Below are positions 35,199 to 44,926 of a stretch of 64,000 nucleotides of DNA, one piece after another. Location of the stretch: positions 32,001-96,000 of the forward strand of contig CAWHDZ010000011.1 in the NCBI GenBank assembly GCA_963828255.1, read 5' to 3'. Source of the stretch: an uncultured delta proteobacterium (lineage in GTDB: Bacteria; Myxococcota; Myxococcia; Myxococcales; Anaeromyxobacteraceae). The position numbers and the translations under genes are program-made. Position 1 is the stretch's first letter. Every line of letters begins with the position of its first letter. The notes under the pieces are model-generated. The model did not search any database and was not told the origin of the DNA. It was given only the letters and a program-made list of their open reading frames with translations.

Positions 35199-38100
35199 TC
35201 ACTTCGCCGCCAGCCGCTCCCGCATCGCCTTCGCCTCGATGAGCAGTGGCATGTCCTCGTCTGCCTTCTCCCATCGCTTCAACATCTCCGCGTTCCGCTC
35301 GCGGGCCGTGGGGAGGTCGCCGAGCTTCTCGTGGCAAAGGGCCAGGGAGTGCAGCATCAACGGAAGGAACGAAAGCCGCTCGTCCTCCAGATCAAACTTC
35401 ACGTGAACGGCCCGCTCGTAGGATTCGATGGCGCCCGCGCAATCCCCCCTCGCGCGGAGGTAGTGGCCGCGGATGATCCTCGCGGGGAGCAGCCAGATGG
35501 TACCGGAAGGCTCGGCCGCCTGGGCGAGCGCCCGGAGCGCCGCCTCGGGCGGTCCCTCGTGTGCGGTGGCGATGGCCGTCATCAGCACGCGCCCCTCCGG
35601 CACGGGATCCGACGCGGTTCGGCCGTCCAGGACGCGGCGAGCGATCGGCCCGGCGAGGTCGAACCGGCCAGCCTCGGCGGCTGTTAGCGACGCCGACAGC
35701 GCCACGCCCCCGCTGCCGCCGCCAGCGTGGACGACGCCCTCGTGCTCCTCCAAGGCCCTCGTGGCTGCCTCGAGCGCGGGGAAGTCCTGCGCGGAAGCCG
35801 CATCCCACATGTCCGAAAGGCGACGACTCTGAACATATCCACTGCGGGAGACGGGTGCGCCCGCACGATCGCTTCGTCTGGCTTCCTGGATCTTGCCCTG
35901 GGCGATGAGGGCCTGGAAGAGGGCGGTCTTGAACTCGCGTGCGGCGTCCGTCATCGTGTCCCAGGCGGCATCCTCCGGCACGCCAGCGAGGCCCGCGCGG
36001 GCCGCCCGTTCCGCCTCCGCGGCCCGGCCCGAGTAGACGAGATGACCGAGGAGGGGACGGGAGGGCCAGGCCCCTCCTGCCATCGCGACTTTCCGCCGGA
36101 AGATCTCGGTGGCCTCCTCCACCAGGTTCTCGGTGAGGAAGGCAATGCCCAGGTTCCAGAGCTCTTGACTCGAGGTCGCGAGCCGCGCCTGCTCACGAAG
36201 CCAGGGGAGGTCCTGGTCGACGCGGCCCGTGTCGGCAAGGGCCCGCACCAGGGGAACCACCGCCCTCCGGTACCCGGGGTCGAGGCGGAGCGCCTGCCGG
36301 TAGTAGGGGATGGCGTCCAGCTTGAGCTCTGCGTTCGACCGGACGACGCCCGCGAGGAACTGGGCCTCCTTGTCGAGCGGGTAGGCGTCGGCCAGCCGAG
36401 CGCTCGCCTCCCTGGCATCCTCCCAGCGGTTCGTGGCCTGCGACCGGAGCACGCGGAGGACGAGGCGTTCCCTTTCCGGGAGGCGAGGGGCGAGGCGCTC
36501 GGCGGCGGCAAGATGTGGGTCCGGCTCCTCGGCCCAGTGTCGCCAGATCGCCGAGTAGGGCCGCATGGTCGCGAGCTGGTAGTGGGCCAGCGCGAAATCC
36601 GGGTCCTCGACGAGAGCCTCCTCGGCGAGGCGGATGGCCTCGTCGCGACGAGCGCCGTCGAGGGCGGCCCGGCTCCGGGAGAGGAGATCCCAGGCCTTGG
36701 GGCTCGCGGTGGTGATGGATGAGACGCGGACGATGGGTTCCGGACCAGCGGTCTCGGCGACCCCGATCCGGCTGCGTACCGTCGACGCGAGACGATCGAC
36801 GAGGTCGAACACCGCAGGCTTCCCCGGCGCCCGGTCGCTCACGGTGAAGACGTACTCGTCGTGGAGCGGGTCGAGGGCCCGCAGCTCCACCACGTAGGCC
36901 TCGCCCATCCGCCGGATGGACGCGAGCAGGAGGGCGTTGGCGCGGGCCTCCCGCCCCACCTCGCGCGCCAGCGTCTCGTCGATGCGCTGGACGTCCGCCT
37001 TGCCCAGCTGCTTCAGGACGTCGAGCATGCGACCGCGGGTGAGGACCCGGAGCTGCGTTCCCTGCTCCAGCGAGGTGATGAGGAGGCCGCTGATGCCGTC
37101 GAGCTCGCTGTCCCCGGTCTCGTTGGCGAAGTCGGCGACGGCGACGGTGGGACGGCCGCCAGGGATCTGCCGCTCCCAGATGTGCCAGGTGGCGAAGCCG
37201 GCGACGGCGAGACCGACGAGGACGAAGGCAGTCGCGAAGGCCGTGACGCGACGGATGCGACGAGGGCGCTCGATGGCCCGCCGAGCCGAGTGAAGTTCGG
37301 CGAGCCAGGCTGATCCGTTCCGCGGTCGCGCTTCCGGGTCGTCCGACACCGACGCGGCGATGGCCTTCCCCAACGCTCGGGGGAGCCCTCCCATCTTCGA
37401 CCGCGACACCGTGGACGGTGGCGAGCCGGAGGGCGGTGAGCCCCACATCAGCTCCGTCCCGCCCTCGGCGACCGCAGGCCCCGGCGGTGGCGACGGCGTC
37501 CGCTCCACCGGGCGCTTCCCTGTAAGCATCTCCCCCAGCACCATCCCCGCCGCATAGACGTCGGCCCGCTCGTCCACGGCTGCCCCTGCAGCCTGCTCCG
37601 GCGCCATGTACGCGGGGGTCCCGGCTCCGCTCGACCCCTCGGTTCCGAGCAGGTGGGCCAGGCCGAAGTCGAGCAGTTTCACCCGGCCGTCCTCGCAGAC
37701 GAAGACGTTCGCGGGCTTGAGGTCCCGGTGAAGGACTCCGCGGGAATGCGCGTGTGCCAGCCCCTCCGCCATCTGTTCCGCGACCCGCAGCGCCTCGTCG
37801 ACGGGCAGAGGACCCTCCTCGATCAGCTTCGCCAGCGTCTCGCCGCGGAGCAGTTCCATCACGAGGTAGGCGCCCGCCGGGCAGGTTCCTACGTCGAAGA
37901 TGGTGACGATGGCCGGGTGGTCAAGCTTCGCGACCGCCTCGGCCTCCTTCTTGATCCACGCCTCGGAGAACTGGTGCTTCGTTCGCCCCGGCTTCAGGGC
38001 CTTGAGCGCGACCGTCCGTCCCAGTTCCGGGTCGAATGCTTCGTACACGGCGCCGAACCCGCCCCGGCCGATCTCCCGACGGATCTGGTACCGACCGATG

Positions 38101-38249
38101 GCGTCCCCGGGCTTGAGCGGCTCGCGCCAGGACGCGGCGAGGTCCCCTTCCGGAATCTGGAAGATCTCGACGAGGAGCCGAGAGATAGCCCCGGGCTCCC
38201 CGGCGCTCGACCCGGCCGCGCTGTCGCGCTGTTCGTCGCTCCCCGCCAA
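35199..38249 (-). CDS. Ser/Thr kinase with TM helix, TolB-N/FlgO-like domain and TPR repeats
   Basis: [46 protein letters not shown]; TPRs. TTG start with AGGAGG RBS. Confidence 0.9.
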   Translation of the reverse strand: MAGSDEQRDSAAGSSAGEPGAISRLLVEIFQIPEGDLAASWREPLKPGDAIGRYQIRREIGRGGFGAVYEAFDPELGRTVALKALKPGRTKHQFSEAWIKKEAEAVAKLDHPAIVTIFDVGTCPAGAYLVMELLRGETLAKLIEEGPLPVDEALRVAEQMAEGLAHAHSRGVLHRDLKPANVFVCEDGRVKLLDFGLAHLLGTEGSSGAGTPAYMAPEQAAGAAVDERADVYAAGMVLGEMLTGKRPVERTPSPPPGPAVAEGGTELMWGSPPSGSPPSTVSRSKMGGLPRALGKAIAASVSDDPEARPRNGSAWLAELHSARRAIERPRRIRRVTAFATAFVLVGLAVAGFATWHIWERQIPGGRPTVAVADFANETGDSELDGISGLLITSLEQGTQLRVLTRGRMLDVLKQLGKADVQRIDETLAREVGREARANALLLASIRRMGEAYVVELRALDPLHDEYVFTVSDRAPGKPAVFDLVDRLASTVRSRIGVAETAGPEPIVRVSSITTASPKAWDLLSRSRAALDGARRDEAIRLAEEALVEDPDFALAHYQLATMRPYSAIWRHWAEEPDPHLAAAERLAPRLPERERLVLRVLRSQATNRWEDAREASARLADAYPLDKEAQFLAGVVRSNAELKLDAIPYYRQALRLDPGYRRAVVPLVRALADTGRVDQDLPWLREQARLATSSQELWNLGIAFLTENLVEEATEIFRRKVAMAGGAWPSRPLLGHLVYSGRAAEAERAARAGLAGVPEDAAWDTMTDAAREFKTALFQALIAQGKIQEARRSDRAGAPVSRSGYVQSRRLSDMWDAASAQDFPALEAATRALEEHEGVVHAGGGSGGVALSASLTAAEAGRFDLAGPIARRVLDGRTASDPVPEGRVLMTAIATAHEGPPEAALRALAQAAEPSGTIWLLPARIIRGHYLRARGDCAGAIESYERAVHVKFDLEDERLSFLPLMLHSLALCHEKLGDLPTARERNAEMLKRWEKADEDMPLLIEAKAMRERLAAK

Positions 38250-38534
38250 GACGATCCTCCTGGGGACAGAGGGGCGAGGCTACCTGATCGAGGAGTGGGG
38301 CGTCATCCCGGCGCCCGGGAAGCCCGGCGGGGGCGGACCAGGCTCTTGAGAAGAGGGCCATTTGCGGCGGGTGTTGACGGACAGCGTACCCCGCCGCCGC
38401 GCACCGCCGAGCCTCCGGGTGGGGTGCACCGTGTAAACGACCGGTGTGGGTGATCATGGCGGCGCGGTGCGGCGGGCGGCGCGCCTGAACGCCACCGCCC
38501 GGCATCCGCTTCCAGAAGCCGACCGCCCCCGAGG

Positions 38535-40407
38535 TCAAGGGCTCGTAGAAAAAGCCACGTCATCGAAGTAATAGGTCGAATTGGCGCTTCCATCACCCGC
38601 TGTACCAAAATCGAAAAAGAAGACGATCTTGTTGTCGTTGTTGTTCACCGGAGGAAACAACGTGGGCGAACTGATAGTCGAAGGTCAATTCCACCCATTC
38701 ATTCGCCCTGTCGATGACGGCATCTGTTTCGAAGGCGCCACCATCGAAATCGGTCGGACTGCCTTCGAACTTCAACATCAACTTCTTGCCCGCAACCGGG
38801 GCCCACACCTTCACCTTGATCACCTTGTTGGTGGAGAAATCAATTGGTCCAGCCATCTGAATCACACTTCCCGCAAAGGTCTCGCCTGGGTCCTTTATCA
38901 ATTCCACCACCGTTGCACTCTGGTTGATGCCCGTCGGGAATGGATTGGGCAACACCCTCGTGACCGCCCCCCCGAAATCGGCAAACGGGTACATCACCGA
39001 GGTCGATTCGAAGGTCAAAGGCAAGACGGGTAGATCCAGGATCGGTCCGGTGCCGGCCGACTGCGTCACGTCATCGAACAAATAGGTTGAAAGTGGGCCG
39101 CCGTTGCCTGCGGTTCCAAAATCGAACATGAATACGATCTGATCATTCAAGTTGTTGACTGGCTCGGCCGAAAAATCAAAAGTCAACTCCTCCCACACAT
39201 TCGCTGCAGTCACCGGAGCCGACAATTTCTGAAAGAACGGACCGGCACCTTCGAATTTCAGCAATAGCTTGATCCCTGCCACGGGTGAGAAGACCTTCAC
39301 CTTGAAGATCCTTTTCGTAGAAAAATCGACAGGTGCAGCCATTGTTATCTTGCTGCCTGCCCATACCGCCCCGGTGCCCTTGACCGATTGCGCAACGGTG
39401 GCACTCGTGTTGATGCCTGTCTGGTGAGGATTTGCAATCGTCGTGGTCACGGCTCCATCGAAATCCGTGAATGGATAGGGCGACGAGGATTCAAAATCCA
39501 ATAGGGTCTGGGCGGTCGGCTGCTGCGGGGATGAGACCGAGGAGGTCGCGGTCGTCCTGCCGGACGCGGTGTGCGTGGCGGTGATGGTCGCGGAACCGAC
39601 GGTCACCGCGGTCACGAGCCCTGCCGCGCTGACCGTGGCCACGCCGGGCGAGGACGAGACGAAGGTCGATCCGGCCGTGAGGTTGGCCGTCGAGGAGTCG
39701 CCGTACGTTCCGGTGACGGTCAGCTGCTGCGTCGCCCCCGGGGCCAGCGTGGAGCTGGCCGGCGTCAACGCGACGGAGACGAGGGTGGGCGCCACGCTGC
39801 CGACGACGACGAAGACGGTGGCGGTCGCGATCCGACGCGAGGCGGTGTGCGTGGCCACGATGGTCGTGCTCCCGGCCGAGACCCCGGTCACCAGGCCGCC
39901 CGCGCTGACCGTGGCCACGCCGGGCGAGGACGAGACGAATGTCGAGCCGGCCGTGAGGTTGGCCGTCGAGGCGTCGCTGTACAGCCCCGACACGGTCAGC
40001 TGCTCGGTCCCCCGGACGGCGACCTGGGCGCTCGGGGGGATGATGTCGATGGCGACCAGCGTCGGCGCCAAGGACACGGTCACGGTCACGCTGGCGGTCA
40101 GGCCGGAGGCCGCCGCGGTGATGGTGGCGGAGCCCTCGGCGAGTCCGGTCACCACACCCGAGGTGCTGACCGCCGCGACGGCCGAAGCGTCGGAGGAGAA
40201 GGTCAGGCCCGCGGTGATGGGGGCCCTGGTTCCGTCGCTGTTGATCGCGGTGACGGCGAGATGCCCGACCCCGCCCACCGCCAGCCGGAGGGGGCTCGGA
40301 GTGACGGCGATCGCGGACAGGGTCGCGCTGCTGGAACCACAGCCAGGGAGAAGGAGCCCAGGGAGGACGGCGAGGGCGACCAGCAACGACGGCTTTCGAA
40401 GTGTCAT
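38535..40407 (-). pseudogene. Lipoprotein with three Ig-like (Big_2) repeats and two tandem carbohydrate-binding-like domains; frameshift near 38673
   Basis: Lipobox LLPGC; SSSPGVATVSA.GLVT repeats; two domains each ending FDFGTAG.G...STY.FDDV, the second only after a frame change at about 38673 (true stop 38535). Confidence 0.8.
39568..40001. repeat. Intragenic duplication of Ig-like repeat DNA (276-bp period)
   Basis: 40-bp exact match 39624-39663 vs 39900-39939, with further near-identical flanks. Confidence 0.85.
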
Positions 40408-40757
40408 GTGCTTGCCTCGGGGTTCGGTGCGCGTTGCCGCTTTGTTCGCTATCCGAACCAAGTATATGCCACCTTTCTTCCCAGGATGATGAGGCCGCCA
40501 CTCGAGCAGGAGGCCGGCGCCAGGGCTCCTCTGCCCGGCTGCCGCCGCTGCCGCTCCGGCCCTGCCGCGACGGGGCCTTCCCGGTAGGGATTCGTCCGCT
40601 ACACGCGCGTCTCGCTCGACACGTTGATTGGCAAGTGGCAGCGCATGGGCGCGCCCGAGGCCGAGGAACTCCTGGGCGCCTGACTCGGGGCTCGGTGGTC
40701 GGCAGTCAGGCCGGGGTATGCTCCGGCGAGCATCTGCACCGCACCAATCGAACCCCC

Positions 40758-41162
40758 ATGGCTCCTCGACGCAGCGCCAACGCTCGACTCCGGACTGGAC
40801 GGCTCCTGTTCGTCCTCGCCGCATCCCTGGCGGCCTGCGGCTCCTCGGCGTCGTACACGATTCCCTCCGCGGCCATCAACACCGCCATCGCCGCCGGCGC
40901 CTCCGCGGCGCAGAGGTCCGCCGGGGGGTGCTACGCGCAGTGCGTGGGCGGGACCGTCTGCAACCCGCGCAACGGATTCTGCGAGTCGCCGGGAGCCGTG
41001 TGCCTGGGGATGGAATCCAATCCACCCTCCTGTCTCAACCGACCGGGCACGACGATGGGAACCACGACGGCGGGACCCGGCGGCACGGGCGAGACCCTCT
41101 TCCCTCTGGGCGTCTCCCCCGCCACCGGGTCGGTCCCCCCGCCGCCCGGAAGCCGTCCCTGA
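40758..41162 (+). CDS. Small Cys-rich lipoprotein
   Basis: Lipobox LAAC; CYAQCVGGTVCNPRNGFC disulfide-rich motif. Confidence 0.75.
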   Translation: MAPRRSANARLRTGRLLFVLAASLAACGSSASYTIPSAAINTAIAAGASAAQRSAGGCYAQCVGGTVCNPRNGFCESPGAVCLGMESNPPSCLNRPGTTMGTTTAGPGGTGETLFPLGVSPATGSVPPPPGSRP

Positions 41163-41210
41163 GGCGCCCCGCGCATGTCCGGCGTAGGATGCACGGCAGG
41201 AGGAGCCCCC

Positions 41211-42233
41211 TTGTCCCGTCCCGTGAACCGCCAGTGGCTGCTCGCCCGCCGTCCCGAGGGGCTCGTCTCCTCCGGCGACTTCCAGTTCGTCGAGTCCCCC
41301 GCGCCCGAGCCCACCGATGGCGAGGCCCTGGTCAGGAACCTCTACCTCTCCGTCGATCCCACCCAGCGCGGCTGGATGGCCGGCGACACCTATCTCCCCG
41401 CGGTGAAGATCGGCGAGGTCATGCGCTCCTTCGCCGTCGGCGAGGTGGCCGAGTCGCGCCACCCGGCGTTCAAGCCCGGCCAGCTCGTGCAGGGGCTCTT
41501 CGGCTGGCAGGACTGGGCAATCGCCCGCCCGGGGACATCCTCCTCCCCGACCCCGATCCCGTCGGGCGTCCCGGTGGAGACGGCCATGAGCGTGCTCGGG
41601 CTCACCGGCATCACGGCGTACTTCGGCCTGCTCGACGTGGGCCGCCCGAAGCCAGGGGAGACGGTGGTCGTCTCCGGCGCAGCGGGCGCGACCGGATCGG
41701 CCGCGGCCCAGATCGCGAAGATCGCCGGTTGCCGGGTCATCGGCATCGCCGGAGGGCCGGAGAAGTGCGCCTACCTCACCGGCGAGCTGGGCCTCGACGG
41801 CGCCGTGGACCACCGCGGCGCAAACGTGGGCAAGGCGCTCCGGGAGCTCTGCCCGAAGGGGATCGACGTCTTCTTCGACAACGTGGGGGGTCCGGTCCTC
41901 GACCTGGTCCTCGGGCAGCTCGCGATGAGGGGGCGGGTCGTCCTCTGCGGCGGCATCGCCCATTACAACGACGCCCTCCCCGCCCGGGGCCCCGCCAACT
42001 ACCTGGCGCTGGTCATGAAGCGCGGCCGCATGGAGGGGTTCATCGTGCTCGACTACCTGGCACGCGCCGGCGAGGCGGTGGCGGCCCTCTCCGGGTGGCT
42101 GCGCGACGGCCGTCTCAAGGACCGGGTGGACGTGGTCCAGGGCCTGGAGAACGCCCCGGCCGCCCTGCTGCGCGTCTTCGAGGGGAAGAACCAGGGCAAG
42201 CAGCTGGTCCGGCTGGCCGCCCCTTCGCCGTGA
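41211..42233 (+). CDS. NADP-dependent oxidoreductase (CurA/prostaglandin reductase-like)
   Basis: LARRPEG, YLSVDP, GLTGITAYFGL, VSGAAGATGS, FFDNVGG, NQGKQLV; AGGAGG RBS before TTG. Confidence 0.92.
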   Translation: MSRPVNRQWLLARRPEGLVSSGDFQFVESPAPEPTDGEALVRNLYLSVDPTQRGWMAGDTYLPAVKIGEVMRSFAVGEVAESRHPAFKPGQLVQGLFGWQDWAIARPGTSSSPTPIPSGVPVETAMSVLGLTGITAYFGLLDVGRPKPGETVVVSGAAGATGSAAAQIAKIAGCRVIGIAGGPEKCAYLTGELGLDGAVDHRGANVGKALRELCPKGIDVFFDNVGGPVLDLVLGQLAMRGRVVLCGGIAHYNDALPARGPANYLALVMKRGRMEGFIVLDYLARAGEAVAALSGWLRDGRLKDRVDVVQGLENAPAALLRVFEGKNQGKQLVRLAAPSP

Positions 42234-43390
42234 GTGAAACACGCCTGGTCGTCGTCGCGCCCGACTCCTTCAAGGGGAGCCTGTCGGCCGTGCAGGCCGC
42301 CGAGGCCATGGAGCGCGGCGTCCTCGATGCCTGGCCCGATTCACGGGTCGTGAAGATCCCCATCGCCGACGGAGGCGAAGGTACGGTGGAGGCGCTGGTC
42401 ACCGCCACCTGCGGTCGCTACCGGACCTGCACGGTGCGCGGACCGCTGGGGCGTCCGGTCGAGGCCCGCTGGGGGGTCCTGGGCGACGGAAGGACCGCGG
42501 TCGTCGAGATGGCGGCGGCCTCCGGGCTGACGCTCGTGCCCGAGGGGCGGCGCGACCCGCGCATCGCATCCACGTTCGGCACGGGACAGCTCATCCGGGC
42601 GGTGCTCGACGCCGGGTTCAGGCGCCTCGTGATCGGCATCGGTGGGAGCGCCACCAACGACGGCGGCTCCGGGATGGCGAAGGCGCTGGGCGTGCGACTG
42701 CTGGACGGCCGCGGCGACACCCTGCCCGAGGGAGGAGCCGCGCTGTCCCGCCTGGCCTCGGTCGACCTCTCCCGGGTCGATCCGCGCCTGGCCGCAACGG
42801 AGATCCTGGTGGCCTGCGACGTGGACAACCCGCTCACCGGCCCGCGTGGCGCCTCGGCCGTCTACGGGCCGCAGAAGGGCGCGACACCGGCCGTGGTCGC
42901 CGAGCTCGACGCGGCGCTCGAACGCTATGCGGCGGTCTCCAGCGGGGCCACCGGGCGCGACGTGGCGGGGCTGCCGGGCGCCGGGGCGGCCGGAGGGCTC
43001 GGGGCGGGACTCCTCCTCTTCACGCCGGCGAGGCTCGTGCCCGGGATCGACCTGGTCCTCGACTCCACCCGGTTCGACGACCAGGTCCGTGGCGCCAGGC
43101 TGGTCGTGGTGGGCGAGGGGCGCACCGACCACCAGACGGCCATGGGAAAGGCGCCGGTGGGCGTGGCCCGGGTCGCCTCGCGCCATGGGGTCCCGGTGCT
43201 CCTGGTCTCGGGCAGCCTGGGGCCGGGCGCGGAGGAGGTCCTCGCCCACGGAATCGGACGGATCGTGCAGGCCTCCCCACCGGAGATGCCGCTCCAGGAG
43301 GCCATGGCCCGGGCAGCCGAGCTGCTCCAGGCGGCGGTCGCTGCGTCCCTCCGCGTCCTCTCAACCCCATCCACCCGAGGTGCGCCATGA
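42230..43390 (+). CDS. glxK: Glycerate kinase
   Basis: APDSFKGSLSA, PIADGGEGT, GIGGSATNDGG, GAGAAGGLG, GEG..D.QT..GK. Confidence 0.93.
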   Translation: MSETRLVVVAPDSFKGSLSAVQAAEAMERGVLDAWPDSRVVKIPIADGGEGTVEALVTATCGRYRTCTVRGPLGRPVEARWGVLGDGRTAVVEMAAASGLTLVPEGRRDPRIASTFGTGQLIRAVLDAGFRRLVIGIGGSATNDGGSGMAKALGVRLLDGRGDTLPEGGAALSRLASVDLSRVDPRLAATEILVACDVDNPLTGPRGASAVYGPQKGATPAVVAELDAALERYAAVSSGATGRDVAGLPGAGAAGGLGAGLLLFTPARLVPGIDLVLDSTRFDDQVRGARLVVVGEGRTDHQTAMGKAPVGVARVASRHGVPVLLVSGSLGPGAEEVLAHGIGRIVQASPPEMPLQEAMARAAELLQAAVAASLRVLSTPSTRGAP

Positions 43391-44919
43391 AGGCGTCACG
43401 CAAGGACGGTCCCAGGAAGAGCATCTTCGACGAGACGATGGAGCCCTTCTACCGGGCGGCCGACCTCATCCACCTCGACCCGCGGGTCCAGCTCGAGCTC
43501 GAGGAGCCCGACTTCGAGCACATCTTCTACATCACCATCGAGACCCGGGACCGGCTGGTCCCGGTGACCAAGGAGGAGGAGGCCCACTTCAAGGACCTCC
43601 CCGCCTCCTCGGTGAAGGCCGGCGAGGCCCTCGAGCCGCTGGCCAACGGGCAGTTCGTCCTCCACCGCCGCGCCCTGCTCAAGGCGGACATCACGCTCCG
43701 TGAAGGAGTGCTGCGCATCCCCAAGCGCGGACTCTTCCGGATCGAGAAGGGCGGCCCCAAGAAGTTCAAGGCCTACCGCATCCAGTACAACCAGGTCCGC
43801 GGCCCCTACAAGGGCGGGGTCCGCTACCACAAGGACGTCTCCCTCGACCTCTTCAAGGCGCTGGCCGCCGACATGACCTGGAAGACGGCCATCGTGGACA
43901 TCCCCTTCGGAGGGGCCAAGGGCGGGGTGCGCATCGACCCCTCCGCCTACTCCAAGGAGGAGATCGAGCACGTCACGCTGCGCTTCATCTACAAGCTGAA
44001 GAACCTCATCGGTCCCTACGTGGACATCCCCGCCCCGGACGTCAACACCAACCCGGAGATCATGGCGAAGATGATGCGCCAGTTCACCGACGGGGCCGCC
44101 ACGCCCCACGCCATGCGCGGGGTGGTGACCGGCAAGGACGTCCGCATCGGCGGCTCCGAGGGGCGCGCCAAGGCCACCGGCCAGGGCACCGTCTACTGCC
44201 TGGAGGAGTGGGCCCGCTGGCGCGGCGAGAGCCTGGCCGGCAAGCGGGTCCTCGTGCAGGGTTTCGGCAACGTGGGCACCGCCTCGGCCGAGATCCTCCA
44301 CGCCATGGGGGCGAAGGTGGTGGGCGTGCAGGACGCCTACGGAACCGTGGTGAACGAGAAGGGGCTCGACATCCCGGCGCTCCTGGCCCACGCCGCCGGC
44401 CCGGAGAACCTCCGCCGCTCGGTGGATGGGTTCCCCGGAGGCGCCAGCGCCCCGCGGGACGGGTTCTGGAAGATCGACGCCGAGATCGCCATCCCGGCCG
44501 CGCTGGGCGGCTCCATCACCGGCGACGTGGCCGAGGGGCTCAAGGTGCAGGTGGTGGCCGAGGCCGCCAACGGCCCCACCACGCCGGACGGCGACAGGGT
44601 GCTGCGCGACCGGAAGATCGACCTCATCCCGGACATCGTCTGCAACGCCGGGGGCGTCACGGTCTCCTACTACGAGTGGCTCCAGAACCTGCGCATGGAG
44701 CACTGGAGCGAGGCCGAGGTGAACAACCGACTGGAGCGGGCCATGAAGGCCAACTTCGGCATCATCCACGACATCGCCAACGACAGCCCGCAGAAGACCC
44801 CGCTCTACGATTCGCGCCGGTTCGCGGTGGGCAAGAAGATCGACATGCGCACGGCGGCCATGGCGCTCGCCCTGCGCCGCATCGAGAACCACTACCTCCT
44901 CGAGGGGTTCTCGCAGTAG
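43387..44919 (+). CDS. gdhA: Glu/Leu/Phe/Val dehydrogenase (glutamate dehydrogenase)
   Basis: RGPYKGGVRY, MTWKTA, PFGGAKGG, PAPDVNT, QGFGNVG, EAANGP, NAGGVTVSYYEW. Confidence 0.92.
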   Translation: MKASRKDGPRKSIFDETMEPFYRAADLIHLDPRVQLELEEPDFEHIFYITIETRDRLVPVTKEEEAHFKDLPASSVKAGEALEPLANGQFVLHRRALLKADITLREGVLRIPKRGLFRIEKGGPKKFKAYRIQYNQVRGPYKGGVRYHKDVSLDLFKALAADMTWKTAIVDIPFGGAKGGVRIDPSAYSKEEIEHVTLRFIYKLKNLIGPYVDIPAPDVNTNPEIMAKMMRQFTDGAATPHAMRGVVTGKDVRIGGSEGRAKATGQGTVYCLEEWARWRGESLAGKRVLVQGFGNVGTASAEILHAMGAKVVGVQDAYGTVVNEKGLDIPALLAHAAGPENLRRSVDGFPGGASAPRDGFWKIDAEIAIPAALGGSITGDVAEGLKVQVVAEAANGPTTPDGDRVLRDRKIDLIPDIVCNAGGVTVSYYEWLQNLRMEHWSEAEVNNRLERAMKANFGIIHDIANDSPQKTPLYDSRRFAVGKKIDMRTAAMALALRRIENHYLLEGFSQ

Positions 44920-44926
44920 CCAGCCG

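Noticed and set aside
38390..38480. GC-rich imperfect inverted repeat upstream of the kinase as a riboswitch
   Set aside because: No recognisable riboswitch consensus; such pairing is expected by chance at this GC content.
40457..40472. TGGCATATACTTGGT upstream of the Ig lipoprotein as a sigma-54 promoter
   Set aside because: There is no GC at -12 with the required spacing; TATACT may be a sigma-70 -10, but no -35 is evident.
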